64,000 nucleotides of DNA from a virus (lineage: Duplodnaviria > Caudoviricetes). The stretch is from positions 1 to 64,000 of the IMG/VR virus record IMGVR_UViG_3300008261_000075; one strand, given 5' to 3'. Position numbers and translations under genes: made by a program. Below are positions 1-7,002 of the stretch, piece after piece. Positions within the stretch are counted from its first letter, which is position 1; each line of letters starts with the position of its first letter. The notes below the pieces were generated by a model. The model did no database searches and was not told where the DNA came from. It saw only the letters and a program-made list of their open reading frames with translations.

Positions 1-784
1 GTTGATTTCTAGACATTTCATAAATGATAGCCGCTAACGCAACATCACCAACTCTACTCAACATCTGCACCAATCGTTGAGCGGCAGCATTTCCTTTTAG
101 TCCTGCGAGACGCCCAAGCCAGTTTTTAAATTTATCAACTTGCTTGGCAACAAGTCCAGTAGCGCCACCTACGAGTTTGACAGTTCCCCCCAACGCAATA
201 GCCGCAATAACTTTTGAAGAATAAATCATTCTAGCAGATCCGATAGCTTGATTGGCATCTGCCAAAGCCTTTTCTTTATCAGCGTCGCTGACAGTACTGT
301 CTTCTAAAGTTTTAACAAGGTTTTTTCGTATATTCTGTTCTGTTGCTACGTAATCGTCCCATATATCATCTAAACTCCATGCAACAACAGAGATTGATCC
401 CCACTTTGCTATAACGTCTAATGCTGAAAAGAATTTTTTAGCTTTATCTTTTACAGCTTCTTTAACAGCGGCAGCACCTGCTTTGATATCTCGTATAAGT
501 CCTGCTCGCTCAGCTTGTCTAAAAGCCTTGACTGCTTCTTTATAGGCAGCATTCATAACTTCACGATCGGCAGCTAAAACAGGATCTCTAATCACGTTGA
601 TAGGCATGGATACTCTAATGTTACCTGCTTCTAACATCTTAGCAGACCATGCTTCCGCTAACTGTCTAGCAGCCTGATTCTTAGCACTGTTACCTAGAGA
701 CCATGCTACACCTCTAAGAATTTTGTTAAGAAACCCTACAGCTTCACTAGAGGGTGCTTCATTAATAATATCAAATACTTTCAT
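1..784 (-). CDS. Late-expressed protein, probably an internal virion protein (3' end beyond window)
   Basis: Not in the ORF track. Hand translation from ATG at 784 is open to the window edge (MKVFDIINEAPSSEAVGFLNKILRG...). Preceded by ATAAATA at 805-811. Ala-rich helical composition with hydrophobic stretches. Confidence 0.8.
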   Translation of the reverse strand, partial: MKVFDIINEAPSSEAVGFLNKILRGVAWSLGNSAKNQAARQLAEAWSAKMLEAGNIRVSMPINVIRDPVLAADREVMNAAYKEAVKAFRQAERAGLIRDIKAGAAAVKEAVKDKAKKFFSALDVIAKWGSISVVAWSLDDIWDDYVATEQNIRKNLVKTLEDSTVSDADKEKALADANQAIGSARMIYSSKVIAAIALGGTVKLVGGATGLVAKQVDKFKNWLGRLAGLKGNAAAQRLVQMLSRVGDVALAAIIYEMSRNQ

Positions 785-804
785 ACCTGTTCCAATATAT
801 AGAG

Positions 805-811
805 TATTTAT
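805..811 (-). promoter_or_regulatory. T4-type late promoter (ATAAATA)
   Basis: TAAATA core about 20 nt upstream of the ATG at 784. The same motif precedes other late genes, and a gp55 sigma is encoded in the window. Confidence 0.7.
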
Positions 812-814
812 TAA

Positions 815-894
815 AGAAGAACTACGTTCTTCTGTGTTTATCGCTTGCGCTCAAACACATTTCACATTTCATTTATATTAACTGCGAAGCAGTT
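815..894. repeat. Cluster of three short inverted repeats with GNA/GNNA loops
   Basis: AGAAGAAC-TAC-GTTCTTCT (815-833), TGTGTTT...AAACACA enclosing GC-TTGC-GC (833-859), AACTGC-GAA-GCAGTT (880-894). Confidence 0.75.
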
Positions 895-899
895 TAAAT

Positions 900-1265
900 A
901 TTATCTAGATTGTTCAGTCACACTTAGCCCTTGCGGGCTAAAGTTTGGACATTATCTGAGTTGAACATGTCACTTAGCGTTAACACTACAAGTATTGCTA
1001 CTAGCTTAGGCGGTCATCCTGTACCTAATCGTGCTGTCTTTTGACGGCGGTGTGCAAATATACGCTAACATACGGGCACACGTAGGGTATTTCTCCCTTC
1101 TTTTAGCCTTTTAAATTCTTTTTAAACAGCAAAACCAGTTGTGTATAGGCATATCTGATCACGTCCTGTAAAGGATAGTTGCTGAGTACTCTTAACGGCG
1201 AGAGATTTCCTTACCCCGAGACATCACCGAGGATTTGGGCGCACGAAATTGGCCTGCGCTGAGCG
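900..1265 (-). ncRNA. Candidate large structured non-coding RNA
   Basis: No ORF >=60 aa. About 10 helices found by eye on the minus strand, two GCAA tetraloops, G-U pairs that favour the minus strand, and three loop-to-distal complementarities (pseudoknots). Confidence 0.6.
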
Positions 1266-1706
1266 TTAACCGTTTAGTTGTCGGCCTTTGATGTGTGAAC
1301 CGTGTACACGAACCTGTATGTGACCGTTGTAGTAGTCGTCACTTTCCAGTACTCGTCGTGTGAATTGTTCACGAGCCTCTATGTATGAGCATTCAGCCTT
1401 GCTGGTACAGTAGTATAATATTTCTCTTGTGAAATTATCTGCGCCTAGATCTTGTACGTCTTTGTTTAATTGGTCGTTTGAGCCATAGTATTCCGGCCAG
1501 TCAGAATCAATTTTAGATCGAATCCTCTTTTTCTTCTTGTTGCCGTTTTTAAGTTTTACTGTTTTATATGTGGTTTTACTAAACTTTGCTAGTTTCTTGC
1601 CTATATATTTGCGACCAGTGATGTTATTAGTGATGCAGTAGACGAATCCAATATACTCTTCAGATATAGTTTCGACTATTGTGTTTTGATAATACCATGA
1701 CATCAA
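1266..1706 (-). CDS. GIY-YIG endonuclease, T4 endonuclease II (DenA)-like
   Basis: GFVYCITNNITGRKYIGKK, YYGS, FTREIL, E and YYN motifs; single compact domain of 146 aa. Confidence 0.85.
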   Translation of the reverse strand: MMSWYYQNTIVETISEEYIGFVYCITNNITGRKYIGKKLAKFSKTTYKTVKLKNGNKKKKRIRSKIDSDWPEYYGSNDQLNKDVQDLGADNFTREILYYCTSKAECSYIEAREQFTRRVLESDDYYNGHIQVRVHGSHIKGRQLNG

Positions 1707-1979
1707 CTAGTTAGTGTCTTTGGAGCCTGCCTTGTGTTGTTTTTGAATACGCCTACGTGCCTTTTCTTCTGCCATTTCTATATTTCTAAGCCTACGCCAG
1801 TCCATGATCACTGCTCGACGCTGATCACATAGTTTTTTAATTTCAAGTAGCCAGTGTCTGGTGTCCATACCGGCTCTTTTGGTCCCCTCATTCAACCAAC
1901 GTTGATTAGCTTCAAAGTACTGCCTAAATGCTGTGAGCAATTCTGCATGTATCTCTTCGTCCTTGGGGAGCATACTCAC
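1707..1979 (-). CDS. Small basic helical protein (Hc1-like F..G.K.AG..R pattern)
   Basis: ORF abutting both neighbours; NEGTKRAGMDTR pattern. Confidence 0.6.
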   Translation of the reverse strand: MSMLPKDEEIHAELLTAFRQYFEANQRWLNEGTKRAGMDTRHWLLEIKKLCDQRRAVIMDWRRLRNIEMAEEKARRRIQKQHKAGSKDTN

Positions 1980-3754
1980 TCAGTAATCTCCAAGTCGTTA
2001 GCATAGCTGGTAAAGCCATTTTCTTTAATAACTTTGAGTACATTGCTGACACGCCCAATCAATTCATCTTTGTGACTGATTAGATAGATATTCTTTCGTC
2101 TTTCACGGCCCATCTTCTTAAGCACAGCCAGTGCGTTTTCAACACCTGACGCATCAAGCCCGTTATCAATCAGCTCGTCAATAAACAACAAGTTGATCTG
2201 CTGATACAAACTTTCCCACACATCACGGAATGCCCACGACAATCCTAAGATTAAGCGATTCCTTTCTCCCCGTGACAGGTTATCAAAGTCTAGATCCTGC
2301 CCCAGCTGTGTGATCTCAACAGTGAGATCGTTTTGGAATGACACAGTGTGCGGCAAGCCCATCTTGTCCAGATAGTAGGTAAGTCTGTTGTTGAGATACG
2401 CCAAGTTCTGATCAATGATCTTCTTGCGGATAAAACTATCCTTACTGGTCAGCAACTTGAGCAAAAATTCTTGATGATCTTTAACGCTGGTTAGTTCGTT
2501 TACATTGTCCCATGACACTTCTTGTAGCGCAGTTGCAGTCAGCTCATCAATTTGTTCTTGATAGGGATCTGTTTCCCCAGCTTTGATAGTCAGCTGTGTT
2601 TCCAACGTGTTTAAATTATTCTGATGCTTGAGTGCTTCTTCCACAGTGTCATAGTAGGTATTGGGTTTGACCAATTCAGTGTCTACACCTATCTCATCTG
2701 TGATCTTTTTAAGGTCTGCGGCCACTTTGTCTGCGTACTTTTGTGCTTCTGCCAAGTGCTTGGTCGCAGTTGCTGACATTTCTTCATGCTTGTGATCATG
2801 TAGATCTTGTTCGCAAGCGTGACATTTCTTACCGTCTAAGGCGGCAAGCTCGCTCGCGTATTTTTTTACGCTTCGCTCCGCTTGCGCTGTCGCGCTTTCT
2901 AGCGTTGCTCGTTCTTTGTTTAGACTTTTGATACGAGCAGAGTGTTCTAAATATTGTTTAAGTTGAGTATGTGCTTCAAGTTCCGTAGCAATATCTACAT
3001 TCTCAAGTTCAATAATAGCCCTGCCAATCTTTTCTAACTCTGTATCATGCTGATTATTCCATGCACGTTGTTTAGAACTTAACGCATCAATACTTTGTTG
3101 GATCTTTTCGTTGGACTTTTTAGTAGCTTCGATGTTTGCAGACTCTTGCGTGATAGCATCTTTGGTAGTCTTAATCAATTCTCTTAGTTTTTCTGCTTTC
3201 TCACTGAGTAATGTAATACCTAACAGTTGTTCAATGATCACTCTTTGATCATTTGCTTTCATACTAAGGAAAGGTTCACTATAAGTGTTTAATGCTACAA
3301 GATGTTTAAACATCTCGTGACTCATACCTAGCAAATCATCTAGGTCTTTTTGCGTTTCGCGCATGTCACCTTGACTATTATCTTCTGATTCGTCTGACTC
3401 TTGTTCTTCGTCGTTAACATAGAACTTTAGAATGTTAGGTTTACGTCCTCTCTCAATACGATAATTGATAGAATCTTTATCAAAAGACAAGGTGACCAAC
3501 ATGTTTTTATTGTTGATCTTGTTAATTAAGTTGTCTTTTTTAATATTAGTTAGAGCTTGACCGTATAGCGCATAGCTTAGTGCGTTGATAATTGTAGTTT
3601 TACCAGTGCCGTTACGGGCTCCGCTGTCATCACCGCCCATATCTAAGTTTTCACCTAGTACTAATGTTAACGTACCTTTGTCAAAGTCTACTGCTTGAGT
3701 TTGGTTACCCACACTCATAAAGTTTTTAACAGTTAAGTCTTTAATTTTTATCAT
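1976..3754 (-). CDS. gp46: Recombination endonuclease ATPase subunit (gp46, SbcC/Rad50-like)
   Basis: Walker A NGTGKTT, coiled coil with CHAC zinc hook, LSRGE signature, Walker B FIDE, ISH. Confidence 0.95.
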   Translation of the reverse strand: MIKIKDLTVKNFMSVGNQTQAVDFDKGTLTLVLGENLDMGGDDSGARNGTGKTTIINALSYALYGQALTNIKKDNLINKINNKNMLVTLSFDKDSINYRIERGRKPNILKFYVNDEEQESDESEDNSQGDMRETQKDLDDLLGMSHEMFKHLVALNTYSEPFLSMKANDQRVIIEQLLGITLLSEKAEKLRELIKTTKDAITQESANIEATKKSNEKIQQSIDALSSKQRAWNNQHDTELEKIGRAIIELENVDIATELEAHTQLKQYLEHSARIKSLNKERATLESATAQAERSVKKYASELAALDGKKCHACEQDLHDHKHEEMSATATKHLAEAQKYADKVAADLKKITDEIGVDTELVKPNTYYDTVEEALKHQNNLNTLETQLTIKAGETDPYQEQIDELTATALQEVSWDNVNELTSVKDHQEFLLKLLTSKDSFIRKKIIDQNLAYLNNRLTYYLDKMGLPHTVSFQNDLTVEITQLGQDLDFDNLSRGERNRLILGLSWAFRDVWESLYQQINLLFIDELIDNGLDASGVENALAVLKKMGRERRKNIYLISHKDELIGRVSNVLKVIKENGFTSYANDLEITE

Positions 3755-3764
3755 GTAATGTAGT

Positions 3765-4778
3765 TTATAGACCGCTATAAATTTCTAATAGTTTATTTTT
3801 GTCAAACGTATCGCTTTCAATATTGATAATCTGATTGGACACAATTTGATCAACTGACTCGAACGCTTGAATATCAATATTAGTATTGATTTCAGCTTCT
3901 TTCTTTTCAGCAATCAGCGTAAGTTCACGGATATCGTAGTCAGAAATAAACTTTTCTTTAATAAAACTTGCTTCTTCGTAACTAATGTCAATGTCTAGTG
4001 TAACACGTAAGTGTTGCTTGGGCAATATCAATGTGTCCGCTTCGTCGATCAATTGACTTAACTTGACTGTACGGAATGTAGGTTGACTAGGCCAGCTGTA
4101 ATATTGAGGCTTTCCGTCCCATTCTAGTATCATCATTCCACGTTCATCATCCCAAGCATCTGCATAGTTGTGTGGAAAAGCATTACCAATATAGATCATA
4201 TTAGACTTTTGTTGTCGTTTATGAAAGTGCCCGCTAAACCCTAGCTCGTAAGATTTAAAATTTTCTAAATTAATTTCACCGTGATCGGGCATCTGTACCA
4301 TAGCGTTCATAAAGAAGTTAGGCAATTCAAAATGACCAAAAATATATTTGCCACCCTTTTTGCCTACAGTTTTCCATTCTTCCCCAACAAGCCAGGGGCA
4401 GAGTGTAACGTCTCCAATAGTAGTAGGCTCATGTACCACAGTGATACCAGGAATATACTTTCCAAACTCCACAGAGTGAATGTCTCGTTTGTCCTTGTAA
4501 TACAAATCATGATTACCAGGAAAGAAGTAGAACTGATCAAACGCCTGCCCCAACTTTTCCAAGGCCCTGAGGCTATAATCCATTGTAGTAATATTAAGGC
4601 TATTACGGTTATGGTGCCAATCACCCATAAAGATACCTGTATCACACCCTTCCTCCTTTGCTTTGGCAATATACCAGTCTACAAAATCTTCACAGTCTTG
4701 GTTATGTGTAGAACTATTTGATTTTAATCCAAAGTGAATGTCCGTAAAACAGGCAACTTTCTTAAACAAATTACTCAT
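3765..4778 (-). CDS. gp47: Recombination endonuclease nuclease subunit (gp47, SbcD/Mre11-like)
   Basis: Metallophosphoesterase motifs DIHFG, GDWHH, GNHD, GHFH. Start moved to MSNLFKK at 4778. Confidence 0.95.
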   Translation of the reverse strand: MSNLFKKVACFTDIHFGLKSNSSTHNQDCEDFVDWYIAKAKEEGCDTGIFMGDWHHNRNSLNITTMDYSLRALEKLGQAFDQFYFFPGNHDLYYKDKRDIHSVEFGKYIPGITVVHEPTTIGDVTLCPWLVGEEWKTVGKKGGKYIFGHFELPNFFMNAMVQMPDHGEINLENFKSYELGFSGHFHKRQQKSNMIYIGNAFPHNYADAWDDERGMMILEWDGKPQYYSWPSQPTFRTVKLSQLIDEADTLILPKQHLRVTLDIDISYEEASFIKEKFISDYDIRELTLIAEKKEAEINTNIDIQAFESVDQIVSNQIINIESDTFDKNKLLEIYSGL

Positions 4779-5607
4779 CAGTTGATCCTTCATAGCGTTT
4801 AACAGCCGCCGCATGTTCACCAGCACCTGTTCTGCTGTAGCTTGGATTCATGCCGTTCATTTCTAGTATGTCATCACGGATGTTTTGATTGCGCTTTTCA
4901 ATATTAATGACCCTAACAAAACTATTAGTAACCGCGGCAGTAAAATAAGCAAATGGGTTATCTGATTTACTCTCATCAAACTGTAGACCAATCTGTGTAA
5001 GTTGTAAGATTGCCTGACCACGCATTTCATCATTGTAGGTATATCCACGAACGTTACCTCTAGTAGCATATCTTTCGCACAGTTTGATCATCATACGGGC
5101 CAGCGTAGGAGTAATACATCCTGCGTCTTTATCAAACGTACCTGTTTCTAAATCACCCTTCCAATGACTTTTACCTACACAGACTAACTCGTCTTTGTCA
5201 TTAAACTTCCAGTGTTGGAATGGTGGAAAATTTACTTTGTCATGACGATCTGCTGTGCTCTTTGGGTTACGTTTTCTAATTCCGTTAACTGGCACATGTT
5301 CGTAAGTCATAATACGAAATACTACATCGGTTTTTACTATCTTCTTATAATCAACTTCGCAGTCTGCTTGTTTAACTTTTTCACCTGCGCTTTTTCTTGC
5401 TTGATATGCTTGTTCGCCCTGTCGTTTAGCACGATTACGTTTAGCTTCTGCTATAGTACGGATATTAACTTTGTCAACATTAGGAAGAATAAGGTCATAT
5501 TGATGGTATTCAGGGCTGGTAAAACTACAATATGATGTCTTGCTTCTATGTATTTCTAACAACATATCCTTGTTGTTTAGATAGTTAACTTTGGGGGTTG
5601 GTGTCAT
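4771..5607 (-). CDS. gp55: Late-transcription sigma factor (gp55-like)
   Basis: NYLNNKDML N-terminus, YTYNDEM...FDESKSDNPFAYFT; adjacent to gp47/gp46 as in T4-like phages. Confidence 0.9.
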   Translation of the reverse strand: MTPTPKVNYLNNKDMLLEIHRSKTSYCSFTSPEYHQYDLILPNVDKVNIRTIAEAKRNRAKRQGEQAYQARKSAGEKVKQADCEVDYKKIVKTDVVFRIMTYEHVPVNGIRKRNPKSTADRHDKVNFPPFQHWKFNDKDELVCVGKSHWKGDLETGTFDKDAGCITPTLARMMIKLCERYATRGNVRGYTYNDEMRGQAILQLTQIGLQFDESKSDNPFAYFTAAVTNSFVRVINIEKRNQNIRDDILEMNGMNPSYSRTGAGEHAAAVKRYEGSTDE

Positions 5608-5628
5608 TAAATTGATCCTCTTTGATAT

Positions 5629-5657
5629 ATTATAAACTACGCAGATAATTTTGTCAA
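5629..5657 (-). promoter_or_regulatory. Sigma70 consensus promoter for the gp55-gp47-gp46 operon
   Basis: Minus strand TTGACA-17 nt-TATAAT, followed by RBS GAGGA and the ATG at 5607. Confidence 0.85.
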
Positions 5658-5664
5658 ATAAATA
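5658..5664 (+). promoter_or_regulatory. T4-type late promoter for the virion operon
   Basis: ATAAATA just upstream of GGAG and the ATG at 5684. Confidence 0.75.
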
Positions 5665-5683
5665 CTAGCCAATGGAGAACATT

Positions 5684-6700
5684 ATGGGGATATTTGATAA
5701 TGCTGCCGGACTAACATCTAAAATTGGTGCCGCACAACAAACTTTTGGGGCACTTGGTGGCGCCAGCAGTGTGGCTAGTAATTTGAGTTCAGCCTTGGGC
5801 CAAGCCGCAAACGGCAATTTTTTAGGTGCAATACGAGCGGCAAATTTGCCAGCCGCTGGTGAATTAGTTGGCAATGTAATGGCCGCAGTATCGCTATTCA
5901 GTAGTGACAACAATAGTTCAGATTGGCGAGTAAGATTAAGTATGCCATCGTGGCCTGCATTTAGTACTAGTCCAGCATTACGACCTTTAAAGGATGCAGG
6001 CGGATTAGTATTTCCATATACTCCTACAATTAATATTGAATCTTCGGCCAAGTATACTCCTGTAACACCAATACATTCAAATTTTAGCTTTCAAACTTAC
6101 GAACATAGCAAACCTGGATCAATTGTAATTACTGCGCCAATGTTTGTTGAAGATGCAAGTCAAGCATTGTATTGGATAGCGATGGTGCATTATTTACGAT
6201 CTGTATCTAAAATGTTTACCGGTCGTGATCCTATTGCAGGTAATCCTCCTCCAATTGTATTACTAAACGGATACGGCAATTATGTGTTTAAAAATGTGCC
6301 TGTGGTAATAAGCAAATTTACTCTTCAACTAAAACCTGACTGCGACTATATGGGAGTAGGAGTTGAAGGAAGTGCCGCCGGACAAATAACCAACCTTGCA
6401 GACAGTATAGGCGGCTTAGCCGGATCACTTGGTGGCGCATTTGGTGGAGCCTTTGGTGGATCGTTAGGTACTATTGCCAACTCAGTTGGAAAAGTTGCAG
6501 GTGTGGTAGGAGATGTGTCAAGTCTGTTAGGCGGATTTGGTATAGGCGGTACAGCCAGTGGCGGCACTTCCTATGTCCCAACAAAGAGTGAATTTTCAGT
6601 TACACTAGAACCTGCATACAGTAGAAATAGTGCTAGAAACTTTAGTCTACAACAATTTGTTCAAGGCGGATATATGAACGGCACACCAGGATACATTTAA
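5684..6700 (+). CDS. Baseplate/tail-tube initiator-like virion protein
   Basis: DWRVRLS, GLVFPYTPTI, GNPPPIVLLNGYG, NVPVVI; first gene of the baseplate cluster. Start at 5684 after GGAG. Confidence 0.65.
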   Translation: MGIFDNAAGLTSKIGAAQQTFGALGGASSVASNLSSALGQAANGNFLGAIRAANLPAAGELVGNVMAAVSLFSSDNNSSDWRVRLSMPSWPAFSTSPALRPLKDAGGLVFPYTPTINIESSAKYTPVTPIHSNFSFQTYEHSKPGSIVITAPMFVEDASQALYWIAMVHYLRSVSKMFTGRDPIAGNPPPIVLLNGYGNYVFKNVPVVISKFTLQLKPDCDYMGVGVEGSAAGQITNLADSIGGLAGSLGGAFGGAFGGSLGTIANSVGKVAGVVGDVSSLLGGFGIGGTASGGTSYVPTKSEFSVTLEPAYSRNSARNFSLQQFVQGGYMNGTPGYI

Positions 6701-6701
6701 T

Positions 6702-7001
6702 ATGGCAACTTATACAGCAACCAGTCCGTGGCATTTAACAAAAGTTAAACAAGACTACCTTGATGTTCTAAGCATTAGAACAATCAGTGCAGAGTCTGAT
6801 GATTTTTTATATACAATAGAAGCACAATACGCTAGTCGTCCTGACTTGCTGTCGTATGACTTATATGGAACTCCAAATTTATGGTGGGTATTTGCTCAAC
6901 GAAATTTAGATACTATTGAAGATCCTATTTTTGATTTTAATACTGGAGTACAAATTTACATTCCTAAAAAAAGTAGTCTATTTGCAATTTTAGGAATATA
7001 A
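6702..7001 (+). CDS. Baseplate wedge LysM-type protein (gp53-like)
   Basis: RPDLLSYDLYGTPNLWWVFAQRN motif. Confidence 0.8.
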   Translation: MATYTATSPWHLTKVKQDYLDVLSIRTISAESDDFLYTIEAQYASRPDLLSYDLYGTPNLWWVFAQRNLDTIEDPIFDFNTGVQIYIPKKSSLFAILGI

Positions 7002-7002
7002 T

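Noticed and set aside
1195-1220. RNase P RNA (GGAAATCTC resembles CR-I)
   Set aside because: No complementary CR-V/P4 partner found downstream.
900-1706. Group I intron carrying a GIY-YIG homing endonuclease
   Set aside because: No recognisable P7 R/S elements and no interrupted host gene; the flanking ORFs have their own start and stop.
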